A stretch of 63,708 nucleotides of DNA, filler included, from Licmophora abbreviata (lineage: Eukaryota): the NCBI GenBank assembly GCA_900291995.1. It is 13 parts of 13 records of this genome, joined end to end, with 100 filler letters (N's around TTAATTAATTAA, not from the genome) between each part and the next. Parts side by side here need not be neighbours in the genome. Positions count along the whole stretch, not along the records: positions 1 to 8,409 come from OLMU01001494.1; positions 8,510 to 19,152 come from OLMU01001497.1; 11 more parts are not named here. One strand, 5' to 3'. Below are positions 1-11,414 of this stretch, in pieces. The notes beneath the pieces are model-generated. The model worked only from the letters and a program-made list of their open reading frames with translations. It was not told the DNA's origin and did no database searches. The number at the start of each line of letters is the position of its first letter. Position 1 is the first letter of the stretch. A program made the position numbers and the translations under genes.

Positions 1-102
1 TCATCGCCTTAGATGTTGACCTGGCGAGTTGAAAGGCTCCACGTAGCTATCTCAACAACATGGGAAGTCTTCCTCGGATACGACAGAGCAGCAACCTGGC
101 CA

Positions 103-1152
103 TGAGACCCACACGACTTTTTCTCTTTCTAGTGATTGTTTTGGCGGCAGTGGACGGTTTCTCGTCGACTTTCAAATCTGCCCGTGATGTCCGCTTCCAG
201 CAAGCGGGCGAAGCGACGGACCTTGCGGCACGCTCTTCGCCCTCGCCGGAAGATCACGACCGTAAGGAGTCATCCCGTCGGTCTTTTTTGTCTCGAGTGG
301 TGGGCTCCTCAGTAGCGGCAGCTGGCTTGACGTCTGCCCAGCCTCAACATGCTTTAGCGGAAAATGACAGCGGCATGTCATCTGGCGGGGGCAAGAAGAA
401 GTCTCGCTACGCAGGACTGGCTGCCAAGATTCGTAAGGTGGGAAGTGTCATGGTGAGTAGGAGACATCAGACACGTGAAGATGGAGGCATGTAATCCGGA
501 TCTATCTCTTACTTTGCCTTGCTGCGAATTGACGTGTGGAAAGGACGAGCTTCAGCGAGATCTCATGCAGGAACGGTGGGACCTGGTCGAGACGTATCCG
601 GCGCAGCTGCGGTCGTTCGTCCCACTCTTTACTACCTTCACGGACTCTGCATTTCCCACGGAGGAACCAACGGACAAAGGTTTGCGAGTGGCCCTGCGCT
701 ACGAAGTGGGTCGATTCTTTGCCTCTCTGGAACGGTTTCGCCAGGCTACCGCACGCCGGTCACTCAACGAAGCGTATGTGGCCTATTCCGATATGAGTTT
801 GCACTTTGACCGGTATCTGCACGTGGGTGGTCTCTATACTTACTATGACGACGTGATCTCACTGGAACCTTACTTCAAAGGAACTCCCGAAGATTCTCTT
901 GTGTATTCGGACCCCAGAAAAGATCCCGCAGAGGTGCGAGACTTGGTGATACTGAGCAAAGGACCTGACAAAGGCAAGACTGGTATCGTAATTGGTATTT
1001 ATCCTGATGGAAGCAAAACCTGCGTCGTGAAACTTGATAGAGTCAAAGGAATGCGCGAAATCAAAGTTGTTCCCCTGCCATGGGCTGCCAAGCGACTCGG
1101 GGAGCAAGATCCAGACGAGGCGTTCTTGATCCCGCGGAAAGAGAAAGCCTAA
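103..1152 (+). CDS. Plastid (probably thylakoid-lumen) protein, PsbQ-like helical region plus C-terminal KOW motif; 2 exons (103-452, 544-1152)
   Basis: Signal peptide ending AVDG-F, twin-Arg motif SRRSFL, then a hydrophobic stretch ending QHALA. Intron GTGAGT (453) to AAG (543) joins ...VGSVM|DELQRDL... in frame. KOW-like VRDLVILSKGPDKGKTGIVIGI. Confidence 0.65.
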
Positions 1153-1261
1153 AAAAGTTCGGCCGTCAGCAAAATAATTGGAACTTATAAAGTTTTGATC
1201 CTTCACCTCAGTTCAGTGCAGAGTTCTTACGGCAACCAACAGTGCCTCGAGATAGGTTCCT

Positions 1262-2116
1262 TTACCTTGTCGAACCATCTCCTGGTAGTAGCTTGGGAAA
1301 CGAAGACTCCTGCACAGCGATCAGCCGACAAGCCGCCATGGTGGATGCAGCTGATAAACGGAGCCAGAGCCTTCGCGTCAACACTTGTGCTTCGGAAATG
1401 ACCGGGTTCACGTGTGTCCACTGTACTCGTAGGATTCGATCGGATTGCTCCCATGCCACAGTCAGTAGAGCCACGGCGGCAAGTTGGAATGTCTCTTCTC
1501 CCGAGTACACGTCTCCCAGAAGACAAAACAGAGAGGGAGGTACATCCTTGTCACCTAGAGCTTCCGTCAGCCAGAGATCGAGAGAAGAAGACGGTGAAGG
1601 TGCTCGATCTTGCACTCCTTCACTACGGTCGCCAGAAATTTTCGATTCCTTCACCTCCTTTCCCAGTTCTCTATCTACAGACATCGACTGGTGGTATAGT
1701 GCTGCAATGGCCGGAGCATCCTTCGCATCGCCGACTCGGAATCGAACATACGAGCTCTCATCGCAGGTGAGATACTCTCGCTCTTCGTCTTCGCCATCAC
1801 CGCCTACCAGTCGATGCAGAGCAGTCTCCAAATCGCATGCCGGAGGCTCTGAACTATTCCCTTGCAAAGCACCGCCACAAGACCTTTCATTGGAGGATAG
1901 GTTCGCAGGAGGCAAACTGGTAGATTCCAGAACAACTTTATCCTTGCATTCCACAGTAGGTTCGGCAGCATCGTTCTCCTCGTCCCCATCACTACGAATA
2001 GCTCCACGAGGCTTCTTTGTCTTGTCTTCCGGCGAACAGGAGGATTCTGTTTTTTGTCCCTCGTCGCCTCGAGGCCACTCCCTTTTCTTTCCCGAATCTT
2101 CCGCTTCGGTTGACAT
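1262..2116 (-). CDS. Hypothetical protein with acidic low-complexity N-terminus and possible degenerate GNAT-like C-terminal region
   Basis: 286-aa ORF, first ATG at 2116 (MSTEAEDSG). RFRVGDAKDAPAIAALY resembles a GNAT N-terminal strand-helix; weak. Confidence 0.5.
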   Translation of the reverse strand: MSTEAEDSGKKREWPRGDEGQKTESSCSPEDKTKKPRGAIRSDGDEENDAAEPTVECKDKVVLESTSLPPANLSSNERSCGGALQGNSSEPPACDLETALHRLVGGDGEDEEREYLTCDESSYVRFRVGDAKDAPAIAALYHQSMSVDRELGKEVKESKISGDRSEGVQDRAPSPSSSLDLWLTEALGDKDVPPSLFCLLGDVYSGEETFQLAAVALLTVAWEQSDRILRVQWTHVNPVISEAQVLTRRLWLRLSAASTMAACRLIAVQESSFPKLLPGDGSTR

Positions 2117-2444
2117 GCCCAACAGAAGATTGCAGCACCAAAGTAAGTGGCGAGTGTGCTGGCGAGAATGGCAACCATCATAAAAGCGCCGCCGTCTGTC
2201 GACTGATGTGTCGACATCGAGGGTCGACGGGAGTGAGTCGAGTCAGTCACTAGTTAAGTCACGATAAGACTTTAATCCCGTGTGACGTCGACGCCAACAG
2301 TGCCGCATGACGACGGCGATGACTTTGCTCAAAAACCGGCGCAGATCGACCATGACGGCAGAATGACCGGCGATGCTTTGAGACCTCAGATCGTAAAAAT
2401 CCCTACTAAATCGCGTCTCTGGTGACATAAAAGTCGAAGGTACC

Positions 2445-4092
2445 ATGCGAAAGAGTTCCGATCTGTCGCTGAGGTCCAGAAATTTCAAACGCGCTGGCTC
2501 TGTACGGGCGAGCGTCTTGGTTCGGGCCGTACGGTGGACAGCAACTGCTCTCGCCCTGGCGGCTGGTGCAGTATCCTTTTCGACCCTGTCTCGCGAGTCG
2601 ACCATAACTGACTATGCTCACGTGTCACGCTTTGAAGCGTTTTTGAATCAGCCTATGAAGAATGTGACGAGCATGGCGAAAACTATGACTAAAAGCGCGA
2701 TCACACCAGCAGCGCTGCCACGTGCCTTTCAGTTTGTGCTGGAGCGATCAAAGCACTACGCCGGACACTGTAATGGTCTGAATCTACCACCGCAGCAATT
2801 CAATGTCACTGTCGGTGTAGATCTACCGCCGTTCGGAGTCATTGACGCTCTGACATCCTACCAACAATCTCCGGCAGATGATGACAAGGATTGGCAATGT
2901 TCTCTGCCGCCTCCGACTGAGTGCAATGTGACACAGTTTAGCGTCATCATGATGGGCTACAATCCAAGTAGACTCATGCCATTGAAGCAACAGCTAGGAA
3001 AAATGCTTCGTGGTAAACTCTATGGGAACCTAGTGAAGGAAGTCATCTTGGTATGGAACAATCCTTTGCCCATCGAAAGCGTAAACCAACTCGGAGTCGA
3101 CATTGCATCCTGGGCCAATAGTTCCACGAATCCCTTTGAAAGCGGAGGACCAAATCCCTTTCGTATATTTCTCCCTTTGGAAAACGGGCTTGGCAATGAT
3201 TTGATGAACCGGTAGTAAGTTTTGTGACGCCTCTCGAGCCACTTCAGTAATTATCAGGCCTTCAACATTTTCTCACCGTATGTTGTCTGGTCATCGCAGT
3301 CACCCCAAGATTCGCCCAAAGTCCAAGGCTATCTTGTACTATGACGACGATGGTCCCTTTTATCTCCACCGTCCCATCCTGAGCGCGTTTGAGCTCTGGA
3401 GGCGCAACGCGGATGCCCAAGTCGGAGCCATGCCGCGCGCTTTCACATTTTCTCCCCGACAGGCAAAAGAACGAACCAAAGTCATGGGAGAAGAACTCAA
3501 CGACCGTAAGTTCGTGTCACATTGTCGGGACTGTGGAGACGTGGTGGATTACGATTTCAAAGAATTTACGCCGTTTCACGCGAACATGGTGTTGCCATCA
3601 GGCTCGTTCCTACATGCCAACTATCTGTGCTTCCTATGGCACCCGGCGTTGAAACAAGTAAGGAAGTTCGTAAGTGAGCATCCTGTACACCCTGACGACG
3701 TAACAGTGTCGACTGTCGTAAGCCAGCTGGGCGGTCGTTCGCCTCTAACTTACTCACGGCGACTTCCCGAGATACGAAGGCGACTTCAAGAGACCAATGA
3801 GACGGTATTCGCGGCGACTAGCGAGTCATTCGAACGAAGAAGGCTCCTATGGGATGATGCAGAGAAGAGAGCACAATGGGGCAACTGGCGGTCAATGGCG
3901 GTGAACTCGTTAGTGTCTTTCTTCGGAAGTCTCAGCACAGGCTCCTTGGGATGGTGCTACAAAACAGTGTACCACAAGCAGAAAGGTGACAGGCATTTTT
4001 GCGATCCAGAGATCGCAAGAGATGGCACGCTGCCGTGGCTTCAGGAGGGAGGCTTTCGATATGAAGTGTGTCCTCTCATTGACGAGTCCTAG
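2445..4092 (+). CDS. Glycosyltransferase family 64 (EXTL2/exostosin C-terminal-like), type II membrane; intron 3215-3299
   Basis: FSVIMMGY..RL, EVILVWNNP, NDLMNR|YHP, ILYYDDD, FELWR..VG..PR, NMVLPSGSFLH. The GTAAGT...GCAG intron restores the frame. Confidence 0.85.
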
Positions 4093-4141
4093 TCGATACA
4101 CATCAAATAGAAAATAGATTTGGTCCTACGGATACACAACT

Positions 4142-5880
4142 TTATACTACTGCAGCTGCTTCCTTTGCTGTGTTCTTTGCCTTGGCGGCGAGGCCACTGG
4201 GTCCATCAGCTCGCGCGATGATCTCATCTGCCACCATGAGTCCTGATCGCGTAGCACCCTCCATGGAGTCAAGATAGTCTTGGTAGGTGTACGATCCGGC
4301 TAGGAAAAAGTTTTCAATCGGCGTCGCCTGCTCGGGCGGAATTTGTCCTGTCCGGGTTTTTCGCGGTACAAGCTTTGTCCTAGCTTCACTACGGACGACC
4401 ACGTGCATTTCAGCTTTCGAGATGAAGGGAAAATCTCATGGAGTTGCTTCACGCAGTCTTCCACCAGCTGCTCGTTGGAGCGGCTGGTCGCACGTTCGTC
4501 GAACACAGCTTGGATTAAGCTGCCCTCGCCAGGCTTGTAGTACTCGCCAGGACTCGTCAGTGCCAAATCAGCAAAGCATGAGAATTCAGTGTCGACGCTA
4601 TAAAGGAGATTGTCAATACCAGCACCACGGCCATCGCTCTGATCACCAGAGACATCCATCATACGGGCCTCGTCATTCAGCTCAGTCACCCATCCGTCGA
4701 AACGGACTTGTACGGTGGCAATGGGAACCGTGTCGATATTGTAGATATTGTCGAATTGCTTGTACTTCCGAAAGCTCTCAGGAAGAACCTTCTTGATTCC
4801 TGGTACATCGCATGCACAAATCACGGTGTCAAACTCTCTGAATTCTTCATTTGCTCCGACCTTGATCCCACGGACACGAGTCGGAAGACCATTCTCATCC
4901 AAGTCGTGAACAATGTCGCGGCATGGACTACTGAGGTTGATTTTGACATTGCGATCATCGAGATATTTGAGGATTGGATCGTGCAGTCCCGTCTGAGGAC
5001 TGCCGTCGAGCATGCGCAAGACACTAGCCTCCGTCCGAATGGCAAACAGCATAAAGATGGTCAACATGCATCTCGCACTAATGTTGTCGCAGTCCAAGAA
5101 TCCAAGAGCGTAGGCGATGGCATCCCACATCCGATCTAGACTTCCACGGCTACCGCCCAGTTGCTGAAACCATTCAGTGAAGCTGATGTCATCAAGCTCG
5201 CGGACCATGTCCATGCCACCGTCAAAGTCGACGAGAGCGCGGACGATGGGAGACGTACCAAGCCGAACCGCATTGTGGAACTTGTCATCGATTCCAAGCT
5301 GCTCGGTCTGTGCAAAAGCCTGAAGGCCACTGACCGGAGCGCCAATGGGAAAACGGAAGTCCAGAGCTCCCAGTTTTCCTCCCTCGTTGACAAAGGTGTG
5401 TACATGTTCTTTGATACGAAGGTTCTCATCGAATCCACCGGTTCGTTTCATGATACCAAAAAGGTTATAATAACAACCGAAGAAGACGTGGAGGCCCATT
5501 TCAATGTGATTTCCTTCCTTGTCTTGCCAAGAGCTGACCTTCCCTCCGACATAAGGCCGCACTTCAAAGAGTTCGACTTGATGGCCTGCATCGGCCAAGT
5601 CCATCGCCGCCACCATGCCGGCCAGTCCAGCACCGACGATTCCAATCCTCAAGGACTCTTCATTCTTCTTACCAGGCCCATTCTGGGCGCGGGACATCAA
5701 GTCCTTGTTCAGGAACGCGTCATTGCCTACCTGCTGCTTGGCCCCCTGAGACGTAAACGGTGCGTCTGCTACAGAACTCTGCAGGCTGAAAGACCTCGCT
5801 GGGCGAAACGCAGAAGGAGCAAAGGCAGATGCCGCTCCGAAAAGCAATACTGCGACGGCAGAGGAACTCAATTCCATCAT
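4142..5880 (-). CDS. ZDS: Zeta-carotene desaturase, plastid-targeted (1-nt frameshift near 4335, probably a sequencing error)
   Basis: ASAFAP presequence, [14 protein letters not shown] motif, [29 protein letters not shown]. The C-terminal [25 protein letters not shown] lies in the adjacent frame. Confidence 0.95.
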
Positions 5881-6166
5881 CGTTATCTTATCTGAGTTTA
5901 GAAAGAATAAATAGGCAGAATCGTGGTGCTTCCTTTGCTTTGACTCATCGACATGCCATCATTCCCGACGTTCGCGACGGTCCACCACCCATCAATCGCA
6001 TCGACGTGCGTGTCCACCACATTTAGTCGAAGGAGTCAAACTTCAACTTGCGATCTTCTTCCCCTGTCACCCGGAAGTGGAATCTCATTCGAAAAAAGCT
6101 GGGGCTACAACAGTAGAGCGAGCGCCTCTAGACTAGTTTGATATGAAGTATTAGTTTGCCTGGTAA

Positions 6167-7357
6167 CTACCAGGGACGGTCGGCATTGCATGCGACCCCA
6201 ACACATCGTATGCGGTGCTTCCCTGATATTCTACCGTCCGTTCCATAGGCTCCACTGCTGATGACTTCTGCTTGATGGTCGTCAGTGGAAAGGCGAGTCA
6301 CTTGAAATTTCGCACCAATCACGTGCTCGGCAATCGAAATGGCCGTTTGAGTGTGTAAAGTCAGGGATCCTGTAATGATTTCCGACGTCCCATCCGCCAA
6401 TGCCATGAACAATATCAGCTGATCTTGAAGCCACTCGTCAACACAGCCTCCGTCCGCCAAGGTCGATGTCAGTTCGTTGGCCGCTTCAATCCCCACATCT
6501 TTGGCATGCTTCTTTGGGCTCCCCAGTGCAGAGCCCGCCAACAAGCACCCTGTCGACGTCTTTGCCACCAGCAGAATACCTGACCCACTCCCCACGGCTT
6601 CTGGTTCCTTCACAATCTCCACTCGAGGTTCGATAGTACGACCCAGAATGATCGGCTTCAACATTTGCCTCGCCGACTTTGCCATGTCCTCCGCCATACG
6701 AAGTGGAAGCTGTCCAGCAACAAAAGATCGAATGTACAAATCGCAGACATCCCCTCGCTCCGTCATGGTGATGGGCGGTATTGGGTTAGTCCATGGTCGA
6801 GTCTCCACATGAACTTCGCCTCCCCCCTTTGGAAAATAGCCACGCCTATGAACTCTGGCCTGCACCAAATCAGGTGGGACGCCCAGCTGTTTTTGAAGCG
6901 TCGGAAGAAAGACACGTGACCAGTAGTCATACTGAGGTGCCAGTGTCGCATTGGTGCCTCCTTTCAGCACAAGTCTACACGATAGATGACGGGCGGCAAA
7001 GAGTGCACAAGGCAGAGCCGCTTGCAGCAAGAGGCAAATAGATCCAGCCGTCTTGGTGTCAGCAAGAAAAGTCCAGTCAGAAACGAGATTTACAGATGAA
7101 GTAGGGGGCTTGTACTGTACGCTTTGCGAGTGCAATTTGCCTCCCTCCAGACGACCTCCGCAGATGCTTGATACCAGCTGTAGGCCCGTGAGGTGCTGGG
7201 CCTTGAGGCCGGGCTTCGATCTCCCAGCTCGAATATTTTCAATGTGAAGTTCTTTACCGAAAATTGCTGCATATGCAACGGCGTTCCGTAGAATCTGACC
7301 CCCTCCCTCGCCTTTTGAGCCATCAACGATCACAGGAGGTGACGAGGACGCCATCAT
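6167..7357 (-). CDS. RTCA: RNA 3'-terminal phosphate cyclase
   Basis: DGSKGEGGGQILR, NIRAGRSKPGLKAQHL, TAGSICLLLQ, RRGYFPKGGGEV, VDEWLQDQLILFMALA, LTLHTQTAI. Likely start MMASSSPP. Confidence 0.95.
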   Translation of the reverse strand: MMASSSPPVIVDGSKGEGGGQILRNAVAYAAIFGKELHIENIRAGRSKPGLKAQHLTGLQLVSSICGGRLEGGKLHSQSVQYKPPTSSVNLVSDWTFLADTKTAGSICLLLQAALPCALFAARHLSCRLVLKGGTNATLAPQYDYWSRVFLPTLQKQLGVPPDLVQARVHRRGYFPKGGGEVHVETRPWTNPIPPITMTERGDVCDLYIRSFVAGQLPLRMAEDMAKSARQMLKPIILGRTIEPRVEIVKEPEAVGSGSGILLVAKTSTGCLLAGSALGSPKKHAKDVGIEAANELTSTLADGGCVDEWLQDQLILFMALADGTSEIITGSLTLHTQTAISIAEHVIGAKFQVTRLSTDDHQAEVISSGAYGTDGRISGKHRIRCVGVACNADRPW

Positions 7358-7691
7358 GGGCCATGCTGAATGTGCGGCGGCGTTGTTGTGCCGCGCACCC
7401 CTACACCACGGCTCGCGCGCACAGAGTGCATGCGCACGCCATTCTACCCGCTGTGAGGAGGGGAGACTTGGCAGTTCAAGTAACGGTATCATACCAGGTA
7501 CTAGATAGCATATTATTCAATATGTGCCGATGATGTAGACTTCTGTACGATGACAGTTTAGACCTGATGGACGAAATCATTCTAAGGTTCAATCATTGAA
7601 CCATTTACAACGTTCTCACAAGTTCAGAAAAGCAGCACACACTTCCACCAGCCACGTTTAAGGCTCTACTCTTTTGATGACAGTTCCCTGA

Positions 7692-8409
7692 TCAGGCTAC
7701 GACTGACTTCTTTGCCCCTTCCAGAGCCAAGGAAACCGCGTTCTTGCAGCCATCGTAAAGCCCAATCTTCTTGTTGTTCATGATTGACTCGTTCATGGAC
7801 ACCAAGATATCAGGACCTTCCAAGTAGAGGTTCACGAACTCGAGGGCATCCGATACTTCTCGCGCCTCCACTGAGCCGTCTCCTAGTTCCGACGAGCGTT
7901 TCGCGGAGTCCGCCTCGTGATCTCCCACACGACGGATGTGTAGCTTTGGAATACAGTAGAAAGCCAATTCAGACGGCTTGCACGCCAGCACGTCCGCAAC
8001 TCGACACAAGATATCTGTCGTAGCCACTGCCGGAAAGTACTCGTCAAACGCAAACAGAGTCACAGCCTTTGTCGGTTCGTTCCGGGCATCCAGCAGCCGC
8101 TCCTGGAACGCTCGGACACCTGCTGTACTTCCAATGGTGTCGAATTCCAACGAACACGCATCCAAAACTTCCAGGAATGCGGTCTTCATATGCTTATGAT
8201 CACCAGCGTTCAAGAATAACTGCACTTTCCCTTCCTTGACAAGTCCCGAGAGGGCGTGGACCAATTTGACAATGAACTTGCGCTGCGCTCCGGCACCGCC
8301 TACCGGAATCAAGATACGCACAGGCTTATCCTCGTCGCCCGTTCGACGCGCAATGCGACGACGACAGTCGGTCTCCAAGTTATCAACCAATCCCGCCGGA
8401 CACCAGTGG
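7692..8409 (-). CDS. C-terminal part of an uncharacterised GT-B-fold-like (MGDG synthase/MurG C-terminal-like) protein, 5' truncated by a gap
   Basis: RILIPVGGAGAQ, LFLNAGDH, DVLACKPSELAFY..PKLHIRRVGDHE resemble the nucleotide-sugar-binding C-domain of GT28-like enzymes. Confidence 0.6.
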
Positions 8410-8509
8410 NNNNNNNNNNNNNNNNNNNNNNNNNNNNNNNNNNNNNNNNNNNNTTAATTAATTAANNNNNNNNNNNNNNNNNNNNNNNNNNNNNNNNNNN
8501 NNNNNNNNN
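8410..8509. other. Artificial assembly linker N44-TTAATTAATTAA-N44 (first of 12)
   Basis: Identical 100-bp linkers also at 19153, 23043, 30584, 42555, 43844, 48246, 51136, 52620, 56678, 60224 and 61965. The 12-mer puts stops in all six frames. Confidence 0.99.
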
Positions 8510-8877
8510 CGACCACCCACAGAAGACAATCCCAAGAGCTACTGATCATACCTGCTCACCGGAACATGCAAGAGAAACGACCCTCACTCCAAGACGTTGC
8601 TCGCGAACTTTCAGAAACACTTTTGAAAGCCAAAGTGGAAAACGAGCTTTCCCCCCGTGAGGACCTTCGAACCAGTGTCGCTCGACTACCCTCGTTTCGC
8701 CGGCGACTGTCATCGCAATACAAGTCCGATCGACGGCTTTCTATTTGCTCCCGGGAGTCCTCAAATCGAAGCCTTTCATCTAGCTTTCATAAGGAAGCTG
8801 GGTGTGAGTACAACTTTGCAACTCATGCAAAGGCGGTTGCGACAACGAGGGAAACTAGGAGATCCAGCATCGCTTGA
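8510..8877 (+). CDS. Possible 3' fragment of a hypothetical protein
   Basis: Open frame running from the contig edge to a stop at 8877. No recognisable motif. Confidence 0.3.
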
Positions 8878-9006
8878 ATGAAAGAGATCCTTTCATCTCC
8901 TGACGCTGTCTACTCATTGAGGCACATCGTTCTTAGAAATCAATCATTTTGGAGTACCAGTTAGCATAACACAGTTATCATAGGCAACTATATAGAAGAC
9001 AAGCAA

Positions 9007-11055
9007 TCATGTGTCCTTGTACCCTCCCTTCTTAGGGCGCTTCTTCCTACCGGAACTCCGCGATGATTTGAACCCCCCACCTCCTTGGTTCACAAATACA
9101 ATACACCACACAACAAGACCAAAGATCCAAAGGGAGAAAAGAGTCAGCATAGGGGTCTCAGTCGGCCCCACATCGACTTTCGGCGCCGTGGTTACCACCA
9201 CGGGGTCCTGCTCAGCCGTCGCGTCGACCACCTCTGGTGGTTGCACAATTTGTTCGTAGAACGTGGGCTCCGTCCTCAACGGAAATTCGGGCTGCGGGTC
9301 AAGGTCGTTGGCCTTGGAGAACATATTCTCCAGAGGCGAGATCGAGCTGTCGTAGGGAACCCATTCTTGGTTGGCGCACTTCTTGTCCTATATAGAAACG
9401 AAAGGCGCGGCAGTTTCAGTCACTTGCGAGTCAGATGAATTCCGAAACGAGCAGAAAAGCTTCACACTGCGCTCACCTTTTTGTTTGAAGTGTTCTTCAC
9501 CAAGTTGACCCCCACAAAGGCTTCCAGCTGCTCGAGCGCTCGTCGCTTTCCGAGGCCGTAGATGCCAAGATTGGCAAGAGCGCTTTCAGTCACTTCGTCG
9601 GTACGCGGGCCAACCAAGAAGGACTTAACACGGGCGATCGACTCCTGCCGAAGTCGCTCTCTACGTCGCTTCATCCATTCTTGTGTATCATGCCCATCAG
9701 CGTTGGCATTATAGTCGTGATAGACAATGTTGCGAGTCGGTGTGTACACATCGTATCTGCGTGAAGTAGAAAAGGATAAGGCCATCGCGTCAGATGTGTA
9801 AATTTACGGGACGGGGACGAGCCATCGGAAAAGAAGCGCACTTACCCTCTCGTCCAGAATCTATACAGCGTTGACATGCAATCAAAAAAGCAAGTGTGAG
9901 AATTAAGTCTGTATGGCGTTCTCGTACAGATCAATCAGCACATCAACACGTACCTAGCGAAACGACCAAACTGCTCAATGCCCATAGTATACGCCGTGAA
10001 GGGATCATAAGGAGCCGTTTCTTCGAGGTGACACTTGGAGAAGCTAAATGCCGCAGACCATCCATGTGACAAGAGAGGCGTTTCCAGATCAACTGCCAGT
10101 CCATCAGCAGGGGAGTCGTATTCCTGAGAGCAATGGAAGCATTGAGCGGGCGAGATGTATGAATATGTGAGATGACAGCAGATCAACAGGAGCATCAAGT
10201 TTTGCACAAACAGCCAGTGCGTTCGTACCGGAACTCCGTTTCCAGTAAAACGAGCGACGCATTGTCTAGGTACTTCCGTCTTCTTAGTTCCCGTCCACGA
10301 TTCGTACTGCGACTGATCATCCTTGCTCGGCGGCACAGTACTGATGATCGCGAATTCATTGCCTGTCTTTTTCCACTCTTCCTTGGCAAGTTCGTCCCAA
10401 TCTTTCGTAAAGACCATGTGCGCATCCGTCTGCATACAAAATTCTTCATTCCCAAGAACCTTTCGTGCCAACGCTCTGGCATCCGAAGGGCCCTTGGCAG
10501 CAATGTTGTGCTCTGCTACCAAGCGGATCTGGTCAAAGCGGGGACACGCGGCGCCGTCCTCAGCGAAAACCTTGGTCATATCCTTTCGAATCGGCTGCCT
10601 GCGAATTGTTTTGACTCCTAGAAAATATTGACACTTGCATGTGAGCATACTGTCACCGGTGCAAAGCTATTAGCAAGAGAAGGGTAGCAGCAGACGGACT
10701 TACCGAACTGGCTGCAGTACGCGGCCAGACAAAAGTCGTCTTCCGCAGCGTTCTGTTCCACCAGACCAATCACGACGCTATCAGGATTCTTAGCATTGTC
10801 AAAGATTGACTTTATAGTCGAGGCACAGCGCTTTCCGTCTGTTGCGAGAGACAAGAACGACGCAAATGAGAACGACCGTAGGACAATGACCCAATGCCAG
10901 TCCTGCCGAAACGTACCGCGAAAGGAAGGAAACGTCACCCATATCTTTCCGTCGCCGTTCAAATTGGGAGGAACAGGGGCTTGGGAGCCGGTATGACCTG
11001 ACGAGGGGACGACATTGATCCAGCTTTCGCCGTCGTACACTCGTGGTCCCGACAT
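9007..11055 (-). CDS. GT60-family (Skp1-hydroxyproline/polypeptide GlcNAc transferase-like) glycosyltransferase, multi-exon, with C-terminal TM helix
   Basis: IWVTFPSFR|DGKRC..T..SIF..AKNP..V.IGLVEQ, KGP..AR, EEFCMQTDAHMVF..DWD, WSAAFSFS, PYDPF, RGYDVYTPTRN.VYHDY spread over ORFs separated by GT-AG introns. TM segment LFSLWIFGLVVWCIVFV. Confidence 0.85.
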
Positions 11056-11414
11056 GGTGCAGCCGTGTCCCCGCCGTTTTGATGTAGGCAGTCGTCGTAG
11101 CGGTCTTTTTCGTTGCGATTTGATTGATTCGTATATGTTGTATCAGTTCCTCAAATTTTCATAATACTCGTGACGTAGTGATGATTATTATTGAAGCTTG
11201 ACTCACTCGACTTAGTCGATCGGCTTCAACGTCGATTCAGAGGGAATGAATCGATGCTGTGAACATGTACACTTTTCTTCCTGAGGGGCCATGATAACTG
11301 TACCTGAATCTCTCCGAGGCTAGGTTGCCGCGAAGGGTAGGCTTGAGGCATTCGAATCAAAATAGAAGTTTGTACTAGCGCGTGATATTTTAACTGCAAA
11401 CGGTTTATACGAAG

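Noticed and set aside
1242..2183. 313-aa plus-strand ORF
   Set aside because: Ser/Arg-rich antisense shadow of the minus-strand ORF, with no motif.
4142..5880. ZDS as a pseudogene or programmed frameshift
   Set aside because: A single missing base with no slippery heptamer, the rest is intact, the gene is essential, and similar indels recur across the window. Assembly error is more parsimonious.
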